A DNA stretch of 64,000 nt from Perna viridis (Eukaryota): NCBI GenBank assembly GCA_037379345.1, contig CM074512.1, forward strand, positions 25,916,001-25,980,000, given 5' to 3'. This document shows, piece after piece, positions 51,801-63,603 of the stretch (positions are counted from its first letter, which is position 1; each line of letters begins with the position of its first letter). Position numbers and translations under genes: made by a program. The notes under the pieces are model-generated. The model did no database searches. It was not told where the DNA came from and was given only the letters and a program-made list of their open reading frames with translations.

Positions 51801-54800
51801 CTATTTCTTTAAACTGTGTAATGTTGGTGGTTGTGACAGGTTCATCGGCACATTTAACATAACATTCACACAGTCCTATTATGATATATGATTCAAATTG
51901 ATATTGTGTCAACCTTAGAAGTAGTGTACATACAGGCACTTCCCTACTGATTAGGAAACAATCCAGCTTTGATGAACTGATTATTTAATATAATTGCATT
52001 ATCTGTATGATATACAGATGATTTTATTCATTCTTCTTCTCTTTATTTATCATGAGACTTAGTAAACAAATGTTGAAAAATTCAGTGTATTGACTTGAAA
52101 TTAAAAACAATATACACAGCTGAGGCTTAGAATCAGAGTAGAATGTGACACTTTTCAAGCAAAGTCATGCCAAATTCATATATTGTTTTTTTTTGTTTTT
52201 GTTTTTTATTTCTAGTCAATTTACAGTTATTGTCTTTATACTGCAATAGTTATTATTTTTGTAAATCAAGTTGAATTTTTATATGATATGTTTATTACTA
52301 TACTTCCCCACTATTGAACCCTGATAGTGAAGCTGTGATAAACAGGTAGTTCATGCAAGGGTAGGAAAGAAGGTGGAGCTAAAGTACACTGTCCAGTGGT
52401 GTAGCTAGGTCAAAATCATTGTAAAAGCCTTTCATATTACAGAAAAGGGGAGGGATTTATCTTGGTGGTTTCCATTGCAAGCATGTTGAAGCCTTGGCTT
52501 CTTGAAAAACATTTTAGTTATGCCTTGTGCTGTCAGTGACCATAGATTAGCAATAAACATACTGTCAGTGCATTTTGGTTGCTCAAATAGGATGATTGCA
52601 GTGTAAATGAGTATAACATACAATAGGTTCGCTATAGTTTTGTTGCATCTTGTTTGTGATTGTTAAACAAGGTATCATCTTAATAGCTTCTTACACTAGG
52701 AGAAAACGTGTACTTTACATTAAACTTAATTCATTTTCAGAGTTTAGATTTACTGGTGGTTATTGATCCTTGTAATGTATTATGGGTTTACAGTGGGAAC
52801 ACCAAGGTAATGCAATTAAGTAAAATGTTGTAATTCTTTGTAAATGTTTTGATTCCATTTTAAAAAGTACTTATTCTTTATATATACTATTGTTACAAAT
52901 TTCATGTGCTGAGTATTGTATTAAAATATTCCAAAAGTGTTTGCCTGAATGGTTTTCCTGAGCTGCAACTCGACTCAGGGACTTTTTTGGGCCTCTGTGC
53001 ACCCAATTACCACACCTTGTTAGTGCCTCTTTGCCCACGTAAATCTTATACTAGAGGTTACTATCATGAATCTTCAGAAAAGTGCAAAAAAATGAAGAGC
53101 TACTGTTGATATTGTGAGATTTATCATGAGTTATTGCCCTCAGAAAATAGAAATTTCAAATTTTGTTTTCTTTGTAATCTCATGTCTATGTTTATATTTG
53201 GATATAATTTGTACACAATGTTACTGCCATGAATCTATTGTTTGTATGAAAAAATCCAAGATGAATGACTTATATTGTGAGAGTTATCTACATTGAACAT
53301 TGAAATTTAGTCAATATTTTTTGCTCTCACTTCTTATTCTACAGGATAAGTATTCCAAATGTTACAATATTAACATCTTTTGAACAAACAGGGGACATGA
53401 AAGATTTTTTGTTTACCCTTGGTGTTAAAGATCTGATTTTTTTTTGTTTTGGATTGTTTAAGGCCTAACTTTTAGTGAGTAATCTTTATTTTTTATAGTT
53501 TTTTTCCCACTATATTGCAATAATGGTTAAGCAATGAAGTAAATAATAAATAATAATGTTCTATGTTTTGACAGATTAACAGACTACATGTACCAACCTT
53601 ACCTGTTGGAACTGGTTCAATGAGTATGTTGAGGACTGTTACACCATTGAATAGTCCCACCAGAGGAGGAGTATTTACCTCAAGCCGACCTCCAAGTGCT
53701 ATGGATGCAAGATTTGATGAGGAAGTATGTTGATGGTTATTCTTAAAAGTGTAACTAGTAAACAACTTTAACAATATAACACCATAAAAAAATAAATGTG
53801 TTAAACATCTGATCATAAAACAGATGTTTAACACATATATTTTTTTATGGTGTTATATTGTAACACCAAGATTATTATACAGTTTATTGTACAATACACA
53901 AAAATATTGTATGTCCATATTGTATGTGGAAGCCTGTGTTGTCTGAGCCATACATGGGATGAGTCCAGGACATTTTCTGTAGTGTTACTTAACTCTGTTA
54001 TAACCTTTTTATCATACAGCTACATTTGAACATGTAAGTAAAGTAATTGGCCAACATATATTATGAACAGAGAGTAATGTCAGCAGTATGTTTTATATTC
54101 ACTATTGAAAAATATTTGACACTTTTTATTATTTGCTTTTCTTTCAGTTAAACCATATTTCACCAGTGTCAGATGCTGATGAGTCTGCCAACTTTGAGGA
54201 AAACCCATTACAGACTGGATTTGTTCAAGGTCTTAGAGATAACATAGGGGCTAAATTCACTATTGTAAGATATTTTATATATTGTTCAACCCTTTCCAGG
54301 TTAGACAATCTGTGTGTAAATAGTCTCACTATCTCTAAAATGGTTATTAGGACAGAAGGAAACTCCTCACTTATTTAATTGAATTAAAATGATGTAATGA
54401 TGTGCTTACTGACAGATATTTACACAAACTAGTTGTGGACTTTCTTACTGCAAAAAGGAGAAATTTGTGGGTATTTTTTGTGTTCTTGTAGAAGCTTTTA
54501 TATTATGGTAAGATTTTAATTTTGTTCAACTGAAGTTATCACAAAGAAATAAACTGTAGGATGTAAAATTACATATCATTGTAATCATTATTTAATAAAT
54601 TACATTCAGAAATGCTGTAATCGTTAATTTAATTTAATCATACAATTTGCAAAGTTATTGTAATTTATTGAATTACATGGAGAGTAATGGGACCCATCTC
54701 TGTAGGTTGCTTATCATTCTTGGTTTATTAGATCATTTTGTAATGGAGATTTAATAATGTGTGTTGACAGGAGCTGATGAATGGACATATGTGTAGAGCA

Positions 54801-57800
54801 ACAATGCCAAATCATACTAATTCTCCTGGAAGTGAGTACATTCATGTTGGATACTGTTTGTTTAAAAGGAAAAACATTGGGAAGGCTATCATTTCTTAAA
54901 AGTGATTTTTGTGAAAAAGAGATTACATTTTAGATATAATATTCTTGTAATTCTACCAAATCCACTAGCTGCTAGATCTAATGAAGTCATGGAATCCTTT
55001 AGCTGTAACAAGCTTTGTAATCGTAATGTCTACATTAATTATGTATAGTTTGACAAAGATAGAAAATAGTGCTTGCTTAATCTATATACCAAGTTATACT
55101 AAAAAAAGATAGATATAGTGAAACTTTTTTGGATAGAAGGTTTCTTTTTATATTTTACTTCATCACTCATATATTTATTTTCTAGTTGAGGCCTGTCTGA
55201 ATGGGTTGAAACATATGTTGCCAAAAGACTTGGCCATCATGTTACTAGGGAAGTGGTTTACAATGAGGAATACCCCTGGAGGTTTAGGGAACCAGTCAGA
55301 ATGGACACTGTTTACTCGATGTCTCCTCAATTTGATGGGTTATGATACAACAAGGCTTGCACTCACTAATCAGGTAACAGTTAATCATAAATCATCAGTA
55401 TATCATGTTTTACCTTTGTAAACTGTTTAAAGAAGTCTTAGTTTATTTTGAGTTTTTTTATTCAATGTCAGAAAATATTGAGAAAAAAAACCAATGCAAT
55501 TTTGATCATTGGATAGAGATACCTATAACTTAGGTTGTACTTGATTGTATTACAGAAAGATCTGGATGTATCAATGTCTCCAGTAATAGCCCAGAAGAAA
55601 CCTAAACAATCAGACCAAGGAAGTGATGAGGTCAGTCTACGCTGTGTGATGTCTTAAAGATTACATCATGTATATATTGATTCTCTTCTGTGATTAGCGG
55701 TTTATATTTTTTCACCACTTGAGATTTAAATAAAAAATAGGCTGAAGGAGCATTGGTTTCTCCCATGAAATCTGTTGGAAACTTGCCAAATATTAAATGT
55801 TGGGAAATTTTTTACAGAAATTTAATTACTGTCAGATGGTTAAAAAGTCATGTGCAATTTTAATCACCAGCTTAGAATGGGAGAAAAATTAGTTCAACAT
55901 TATACATATTGTAGTCATCTTTTACTTAATCTCTGAAAGCAATAAAAATATCTATTCAGTTCAGGTCAGTAGAGTTATAGCCTTATTTTTTATTTGTGAA
56001 AAACAGTGGTTAAAGCCTTTGTTTGTTAGGGATGCTAAAAATATTAATATATTTTAGGACTGGGAATATTTACTGAACTCTGACCACCACCAGTTATTAA
56101 GCCACACTTTAGAGTCATCTTCTGGTCTATCTTCAGTTAGTTCTGTACCAGATGGAACTGTATTCTCGAAACCATGTAGCATCAACACAACAGCTCCTCT
56201 GTTTGTACACATACCATCTATAATGATGGCTTTACATCTGGTGTATGAGGTAATTCCATTTTTGTACACATACCATCTATAATGATGGCTTTACATCTGG
56301 TGTATAAGGTAATTCCATTTTTGTACACATACCATCTATAATGATGGCTTTACATCTGGTATATGAGGTAATTCCATTTTTGTACACATGTTTTAAAAGC
56401 ATTTCATCTAGTGTATGTGGTAATTATCACAATCTGTTTGGTTCATAGACTATTTCTTTTTTCACCAGTTTAGACTTCTACTGTGAACAGTTTTTTTTTT
56501 CAAAACAGGTTCTTTGTTTTTATTGTATTCTAATTGTGTTCTATGTTTAATTTTACCATTGTTTGTAGAATATGATTGTATAACTTTTCAGGATATGAAG
56601 TTGAATATCTTACTTACTGATGAACTATCAAAATTGGCATCTGTTCTGTTCCAAATAGCAAGGTAATTTTGTTCATTAAACTTCATTGTTGTTATCAAAA
56701 TATATGATATTTTGACTAATGATCTCAAATCTCTAACTGAAGGGTAGCTATATTTACCCTTTTCAAAAATGTTGATATTTATTGGTTGTCTTTTAGTCCT
56801 AATTAACTAATGAAGAAATCATTATAGAATGATTTCTGTTTTTGGCTTAGTTATTGTGCCTATGATATGCTTCAGAAAAATGTAGAATGTCTCTACCTAA
56901 TAACAAAACAGAAATGTTTAGCTTATATTATCATGTCAGACAATGCTTGTATTGTATTATTTGACAGAGATGTTAACTGTCCCAGTCTCTCTGTGAGACT
57001 TATGATAAACAAGGTGAATCTACCTCCTGCTGACTTTTGGTGTGCTATGTATCTATATGTAAACAAAATAGTTGCCTTATTTTGTTTGGCCGTTATGTTG
57101 ATTTCCTGTTTTAAATCTCAAATCTTGTATCACAGGATATGTGAAGTGAACTGGCTGATTTTGGCATGTTCTTCTGGATATTTTATTACATTGTTGAGGG
57201 TCATTTACGTCATGGCATTGGATGACTATTGGTCAAAGTGCTCAATCTAAAAAAAACTCTAGTAGAAATCTATGACTTTCACTTACATATTAACTCATAA
57301 TCTCACTATTGTCAATCCTTCATTAAAATGCACAGCAAAGCAGGTATTTACTTGTATAAGAAAAATTCACAGTTGTTTATAGCCAATAAGTTTAACATTG
57401 TTTGGGAAGGCTACATGTTTAAATCTAGTTCAGGTTTGTATATTGCACCGATATTTATACTGAATAATTTTGTGTTTCATTATCACAATTAGAGCTATGG
57501 TGAATCTATCGGAGAGGCTCTTTGAAAAGTTTAAAACATCTCTGTATTTAACAGATTGTTCTTTGAAATAAACTGTAGGATAAACATTTGAATTTTCCTT
57601 TTTTCAGTGACTTGAAGTGTGGTAACTACACAGATTTTTACAGTAGAGATTTTCCACAGTTGTTTCAAAGGAATGATGACTTCAGTCAAATTAATGAAGG
57701 TATAATTATTGTATTTGTTGTAGACTCTTTATGATATTACACTTATATAAAACTTAAAACAAAGAGACAAAATGTACAAATTATTGATAGATAAGGCCAT

Positions 57801-60800
57801 AATAAATAAAAAGATTCCTAGATTCTCATCCAATTTTTATTCCCCATATATAAGTTCACCATGATAAGTTACAGGTCAAGTTTAACTTTCGTTCCACTTA
57901 GATGATTTTTACTGAAATTACGGGCCTTGAACTTAAAAAAAATTCACAGAAATAATAGTTTTCATGATAAATTACAGGTCAAGTGTACGTTTTGTTTTGC
58001 TATGATGATATTTACTTTTGATTATTTATTAAAAACTCAAAGAAATCAGTCTGGAACAAGGGTCTGGAAATTTTGACAGCCCATGCCGGACATTTTATCA
58101 AACTTCAGCAGACATTTGTGTCAGTCTTTTGCATGCTCAGATTGAAAATAAACTTTTAAAAAAACTTTTTTATGAAGTTATTTTAAGATAAATATTGGAA
58201 ATTGTGTTTTTTTAACACATACTCTGTCTTTTACAAAATATCAGAATGAGTGAACGAGTTCGGTTTCGACCACATGTGGCCATTCTAACATGTAAACAAA
58301 ACATCATTTCTCTCAGACTTATTCCTCACATAGGCAAACAGCCGAAAACTTCCAAGTGATGAAAAAAAATGTTGATTATTTATAAAAGAAAATCGCATTT
58401 TGTATATTGATTTAAATGGCCTGTTGACTTCTGTGTTAAAAAGATTCAATAGATGAATTAATAATTACAAACTACCACTGATTCATAGTTTATGTTCCAC
58501 ATGCTTTCGTTACCTCTGAAAGATCGGCGGGAAAATGATGGACTTGTCAATCTTTTTTCTTTATTACTCAATTAATAAATGTATGAAAATTCTTAAAGTC
58601 ACTTCAATTAATTCGTTTACGCAATGGAACTGTATGTGTAGCATTAATTTAATTATGCAATCAACTAATCAGTTACTGGTAAATCACAGTCACAGGTGGC
58701 TGCACATCAGCTAAAATTGACACATACCTGTCAATTAATTTTCAGTAAACAATAAGGAGACAGGTAGACAAGATGCTTATACAGTAATAAAACCGCACAG
58801 ACTGTAATTTATAAGGGTTGACAATTTTTTTATATTCTGATATTGGAAAATGGTCGTCGGTCATTTGCAAAATTTGTTGGTCTAAGACCAGCCATTTTTT
58901 ACCGTTTCCAGACCCTTGGTCTGAAGTTTGAAACTACCTTTCTTAGTAACAGAATTTAGTTAGAAGATAAAGAAAAAATCATTTTCAAAAATCTTTTTAA
59001 AATTTTATTTGGTTGCAATCTTTTCTAAAACCCTCCAATTCCTTTTTTATAGGCGTCCTTCTACATGTATTTCTCTTACAAACAAATTTACTTGAGTATC
59101 CAACATGAGGAAGCGTGGGGTATGTGAGCACGCTCACTAAGGTTCTTTAATTGGGAAAAATATGGGGGGGGGGGGAGACGAATTGTATTTATTATTTCTT
59201 ATTTTTCCTACAGTAACTCATATGTACTGAAAAACAAACTTTGTTGTTATCATCATCTATGTGTGCTTAATGATTGATTTTACAAAAGTATCAAAAAGGC
59301 TCTATCAAAGTACATGTGTGTCTACTGCTACACCCTTACCAGTTTTTATCAGTTTGGAACCATTGTTCAAAGAAATGGCAGCCAAAAATTAAAAAAATTA
59401 CAAAACGAAAGTTATTAAATGACGATGATTACAAAGCAAGTCTGGACAAGACATGGAATATATCCAGAAATTTTAGTCTGGTATTATTTTTCAAAATGTA
59501 TATTGAAAATAGAAACAATCAGGGAAGGCTTGCAAAATGAAATCAGATGGGCATGAGAATCTAGGAATATTTTAGGTTAGATTGATTAGGATGAATTATT
59601 GTTAAGATTGATTAGGATGAAAGTTAAGGTCAAGCTGTTTATTTTGGAAGTGACTTTACTTTTGGGATTTTAAATCTTGTAATGTGCAGTTTTCGCAGTA
59701 ATTTTGAGGAATCAATAGGTAGGTTATTTCAAAATTTTTACAGTTTTTTTTTCTCCTTTCAGAACACTTACAGAAGATGCAGTATCCTGGAATCTACAGT
59801 GAATTAGTACCTTCTGTTTACCAGTGGGTGATGACACATCTCGGTAACGATGATCCAGGACCTTTTCCATTCATACCAAATGTCTGTAATAATATCAGGA
59901 ATGTTGTCTCTGTAAGTATTAACTCTGGTGGCTGGAAAACATTTCAAGTTCTATAAGGGCCTAATCTAGAGTGAGAAATGAGTAAAATCTTCTTGTTTGT
60001 GCTCACATCTTCCAATTGTCATTGACATGGAGAAGATTTTGTAGTAGATTGCATAGACAAAAATGTCAATATTGTTATTTTTCAGACAGAATTTACTAGA
60101 ACTTCTCCTTGTCATTGATGATCATAAATTATGCCCTGGTTCTATGCACACAAATTAAGTGTAAACCAACATTTTTGTGGATATAAGTTTGTGAATATTA
60201 AAAAAAAGATGTACATGTTCCACAGATTCTGAAGGAAAGTTTTTGTTCTTGTGAGCTTAGTGAAAACAGATTGCTTACGAAAATAAGTTCACAGAAATAA
60301 GTTGGTGTAAGGTCAGAGGCAATAACCATAATGCATATGAAAATAAAATCCATGCATATTAGTTACTAGCAGACATTGTCAATTATTGGTATTAGAATTA
60401 TATACAAAAAAAAGTAGAATAATTCAATAGACTAACCATTTCTATACATATTTCTAGTTGTATGCTTTGATGGTGAAGAGAAATATGAGTACAGACCAGG
60501 CCATAGAGAGGTGTCTAAGGAGAGTAGCACCTGCTGGTATGTTTAGCTTTCTGTCCTAGAAAATGTTTCCCTTTGAAAATGAAATCATCCCTTTGCATAC
60601 ATTCTTTTTTGTGCCTATTGAATTAATTTTTTCCAGATCTTATAACCTGAAACTTATAATTCAGGATTTTTTTTTTTGGGAGACCCTGGATAATTCATTA
60701 ATAAACTAGACTTAAAGTGATTGAGTAGGTGGAGTTATTAATAAAAATCTAGTAATATTATTCATTGGTATATATCTTTACAATAACATATTTATATAAT

Positions 60801-63603
60801 ACTTATTTATACTACCCCAAAATTTCACAAAACAGCACTGAAAATAGTAGTAAACCGAATATGTTCTGAAGTCTTTGTAGTCTTTGATATGATTTTTTAT
60901 TCTGTACCTATAAAAGTCATCTGATCTGTAAATGGCATTCTCTAGTCAATGTTACCATAGCATGTTACATCTCTAGTCCACATTATCATAACATGTTACT
61001 ACTTTAGTACACATTATCATAACATGCTACATCTCTAGATCACATTGTCATAACATGTTACATCTCTTGTCCAAATTATCATAACACGTTACTACTTTAG
61101 TACACATTATCATAACTTTCTACATCTCTAGATCACATTGTCATAACATTCTACATCTCTAGAACACATTGTCATAACATATTACATCTCTAGTCCACAT
61201 TATCATAACACGTTACTACTTTAGTACACATTATCATAACTTTCTACATCTCTAGATCACATTGTCATAACATTCTACATCTCTAGAACACATTGTCATA
61301 ACATATTACATCTTAGTCCACATTATCATAACATGTTACTAAACATGTTACATCTCTCATCAGCATTATCATAACATGCTACATCTCTAGGACACATTGT
61401 CTTGACATGTTACATCTCTTGTCCACATTATCATAACATGTTACTACTTTAGTACACATTATCATAACATGCTACATCTCTAGTACACATTATCATAACA
61501 TGTTACTACTTTAGTACACATTATCATAACGTGCTACATCTCTAGTACACATTGTTATAACATGTTACATCCCTAGATGTACACATTATCATTACATGTT
61601 GCATCTCCGGTACATATTTTTCATTACATGTCCATGTGGCCCATTTGGGTCTGGGTGTAAAAAAAATAGGCCTGCAGCAGTGCTAAGCTAGTCATAAAAG
61701 GCGACTAAATAGTGCTCAGAACCCACAGAGCAACTGGGTTGTGTGCCCCAGGTGGTAGAATGGGGTACCCCTGACATGTTACTTGCTGGGGTCTTCAGGC
61801 CATAATACAGAAAACCTGACTGCAAACCATAGTGGTGCAACGTGTGGGGAAAGATGCCAGCTTTCTTGCACTTTAAAGAACCCTTCTTTGGTATTCTATT
61901 TGAGTAGGAACCATTGGGCTCTGCCACAGGAGGCAAAATTGTCTGACCCTACCCACCTCTCCCTATTTTTAGTGGCAATCAAAATTTGTTGACCCCATTA
62001 TCCTTGTGTCCCATCCCATTTTCCATTTCATCATTTCATGTTCATTTTATCATCCATTTCATGTTCATCGCCTGAATATAGCTGAAATATTGCTGTTTTG
62101 GTGTTAAATCCCAACAATCAATCAATCTAGTCCATATTATATTATATATACCATCTATATTATCAGTACATGTTGTTAGAACATCAGTTAGAATTTAACA
62201 ACCAAACAGACATAAATATTCACATTCTTTATTATATATTTTATATCTATTGATAACTTAGGTTGTGTTAACAGTCCAGGTATTGTTTAAAACCACACAT
62301 CATCTTCTGATATAAAGCATTGGTGTTGTCCGTTTGGAAAAAATCTTCTGGAATGTACTGTTATATTGTATTCGGATGAACTATATATTGCATGCACAAA
62401 CATTTCTCTGTCCTACCAATAGAGTACAGTCACCATTGTTTGTCCAGATGTCATTATCATACTTTTGTTTAATTGCAGATGAATTCAAGACAAAATTTCA
62501 TTCTTATGTTTCAAGAGTTGAAACTAAAATTTCCTTCCTTTTCTGATTCATGGTATAAAAATGAATATTTAACCAAACATTCGTAACCAGAAATAACAGA
62601 AGTTTGATTTAAAACTCATTTGACAATAAGAACCCGTACTGGGCACATGCTTGGAAATTACTGCTACAGGCTTGCTTGCATTCAATGAACCTATGATAAA
62701 CTATTATTATACAAGTTCTGCATGCTATGATTTACTTTGATTTTTTTAATATTTCTTTTTTTTTTATTGTAAAAACCCTGTTGAGTTGTTTTTTTTTCTT
62801 TTATGTAATATTTTTGGTGTTTATAAAGATAAGTGTAGTTTAAATACTTAAGATAAACGAATTTAAGCATAATGCTTCAGACATTATTGTGTGCAATGAT
62901 TATTAAAGTATCATTATCTATATCTTTGGAATCAATAAAAAAAAATCTAAAGTTTAATTGCAATTTTGTCATGTAAGTAAAAAAAAAAAATGCCAATTTG
63001 TTTGTTGTGATTTTGAGAATAATCCCAATCAATAATGTTAACAATTTCCATAATGCCAGTTTTTATCATGGATATTTTGGAAGCATCACAATAACTTTTG
63101 AATTTACAGTATTATGAGCACAACTTTGGGGTATTTCATGAATAATTTTTTGTATCTACAAGCTTGCTGCAAATGGGAAAGTGTAATCTTTGTGTTCGGT
63201 ATGGTTATTTATCAGGAAACGCTTGTATTATACTTAACAACAGGTAATGAATTTTATTCTGAAAAAGCCTTACATTTGATAAAGCTAGATACAGTTACCA
63301 TGCATAGGAATTAAGTAAAGATTTCTCATGACAATTATTTTAATGGAGCAGTCAGTATTTTGTTTAGATTGAGATATTTTTGATTTGGACACTAAATCTT
63401 TTTGTTTTTTATCATAGAACACAAATATCTACTAATGCCAACTGAACTTTTCAAGTTACAGTGGTTCTACTGTTATGAATTATCTTGATATATTTTAGGA
63501 CATAGAGCACCAACATGTGACTTGTCCATGTCCAGAAGTTTCTCAATATCAGTACCTACTGCCAGTGTACCAGAGAGAATGGTTCTGTATATGACTGAGC
63601 TTG
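39673..63603 (+). CDS. ANAPC1: Anaphase-promoting complex subunit 1 (APC1); 3'-partial, 23 coding exons
   Basis: Exons 39673-39837,40572-40739,42887-42959,46194-46288,46936-47015,47450-47529,49422-49567,50039-50277,50458-50676,51111-51209,51614-51704,52741-52806,53575-53724,54148-54264,54771-54831,55186-55373,55556-55630,56058-56249,56592-56662,57608-57699,59763-59911,60458-60536,63499-63603 join in frame (2800 nt). Motifs MIAACDTQDFVPFGR, DEELYV..VWSKG, FTVDSPV, FSMLHPLDE, HLWTE, CVKFEESND, GSDEDWEYLLNSDHH, LHLVYE are collinear with human APC1 as recalled. Confidence 0.97.
40572..40739 (+). CDS. ANAPC1: ANAPC1 exon 2
   Basis: FDEELYVSGSTVVWSKGG..KTFTVDSPVLQ. Confidence 0.95.
40751..41565 (+). 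mobile_element. Non-autonomous hAT-type element, copy 1
   Basis: Termini caagg.../...ttccagacccttg; 8-bp TSD ctttatac/cattatac; homologous to 58057-58918. Confidence 0.8.
42887..42959 (+). CDS. ANAPC1: ANAPC1 exon 3
   Basis: ALWCSFIL. Confidence 0.9.
43870..44336 (+). mobile_element. Kolobok-type MITE copy A (467 bp)
   Basis: TTAA-GG...CC termini, imperfect TIR ggctaaaaaccactaattc/gaattggtggtctgtaacc. Confidence 0.7.
45211..45677 (+). mobile_element. Kolobok-type MITE copy A' (467 bp)
   Basis: TTAA on both sides; only 3 differences seen relative to copy A. Confidence 0.75.
46194..46288 (+). CDS. ANAPC1: ANAPC1 exon 4
   Basis: GICVVESG..TALPFQ. Confidence 0.92.
46936..47015 (+). CDS. ANAPC1: ANAPC1 exon 5
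   Basis: VANTWVVKNGLLFER. Confidence 0.93.
47450..47529 (+). CDS. ANAPC1: ANAPC1 exon 6
   Basis: TVFSMLHPLDEVAPV. Confidence 0.93.
47666..48460 (-). mobile_element. Penelope-like retroelement reverse transcriptase remnant (internally deleted)
   Basis: QMWILK, FSILYTSI, IPMGTNCAPLLADLFLHSYE, YIDDILS, GVFISQLIRYARAC, KFYGRHHEL; frameshifts and deletions. Confidence 0.85.
49422..49567 (+). CDS. ANAPC1: ANAPC1 exon 7
   Basis: DPSLVFTYDTMIGVHSVWRVRKA. Confidence 0.93.
50039..50277 (+). CDS. ANAPC1: ANAPC1 exon 8 (300s loop)
   Basis: SP-rich, SPSVNTMAAVS. Confidence 0.92.
50458..50676 (+). CDS. ANAPC1: ANAPC1 exon 9
   Basis: RAQSPA..EPLKPEVCFEHLWTE. Confidence 0.93.
51111..51209 (+). CDS. ANAPC1: ANAPC1 exon 10
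   Basis: SKAFLTRDLCGQQYMCYL. Confidence 0.93.
51614..51704 (+). CDS. ANAPC1: ANAPC1 exon 11
   Basis: CVKFEESNDLSQLIFG..AKDALPVE. Confidence 0.94.
52741..52806 (+). CDS. ANAPC1: ANAPC1 exon 12
   Basis: SLDLLVVIDPCNVLWVYSGNTK. Confidence 0.9.
53575..53724 (+). CDS. ANAPC1: ANAPC1 exon 13 (500s loop)
   Basis: LHVPTLP..VTPLNSPTRG..FDEE. Confidence 0.9.
54148..54264 (+). CDS. ANAPC1: ANAPC1 exon 14
   Basis: ISPVSD..VQGLRDNIGAKFTI. Confidence 0.9.
54771..54831 (+). CDS. ANAPC1: ANAPC1 exon 15
   Basis: ELMNGHMCRATMP. Confidence 0.9.
55186..55373 (+). CDS. ANAPC1: ANAPC1 exon 16
   Basis: LPKDLAIMLLGKWF..PGG..SEWTLF..LMGY. Confidence 0.95.
55556..55630 (+). CDS. ANAPC1: ANAPC1 exon 17
   Basis: SPVIAQKKPKQSDQGSDE. 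Confidence 0.93.
56058..56249 (+). CDS. ANAPC1: ANAPC1 exon 18
   Basis: DWEYLLNSDHH..LFVHIPSIMMALHLVYE. Confidence 0.94.
56202..56389 (+). repeat. 59-bp tandem triplication spanning the ANAPC1 exon 18 end and donor
   Basis: Units start at 56202, 56261, 56320, partial at 56379. Confidence 0.95.
56592..56662 (+). CDS. ANAPC1: ANAPC1 exon 19
   Basis: DMKLNILL..LFQIA. Confidence 0.92.
57608..57699 (+). CDS. ANAPC1: ANAPC1 exon 20
   Basis: DLKCGNYTDFYSRDFP. Confidence 0.93.
58057..58918 (-). mobile_element. Non-autonomous hAT-type element, copy 2 (inverted)
   Basis: Perfect TIR caagggtctggaaa/tttccagacccttg; TSD-like gtctggaa/gtctgaag. Confidence 0.85.
59763..59911 (+). CDS. ANAPC1: ANAPC1 exon 21
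   Basis: PSVYQWV..PFPFIPNVC. Confidence 0.93.
60458..60536 (+). CDS. ANAPC1: ANAPC1 exon 22
   Basis: LYALMVK..CLRRVAPA; phase fits neighbours. Confidence 0.85.
60937..61630. repeat. 31-bp minisatellite, about 22 copies
   Basis: atctctagtccacattatcataacatgttac variants. Confidence 0.92.
61632..62127 (+). mobile_element. SINE-like element with (CAAT)n tail
   Basis: GC-richer island; gtcataaaaggcgactaa and gcactttaaagaaccc blocks; tail cctgaatatagctgaaatattgctg...caatcaatcaatc, partly repeated at about 10268-10318. Confidence 0.6.
63499..63603 (+). CDS. ANAPC1: ANAPC1 exon 23
   Basis: SVPERMVLYMTEL. Confidence 0.9.

Noticed and set aside
60937-61630. CRISPR-like periodicity
   Set aside because: Contiguous tandem monomers with no unique spacers, eukaryotic intron, no cas genes
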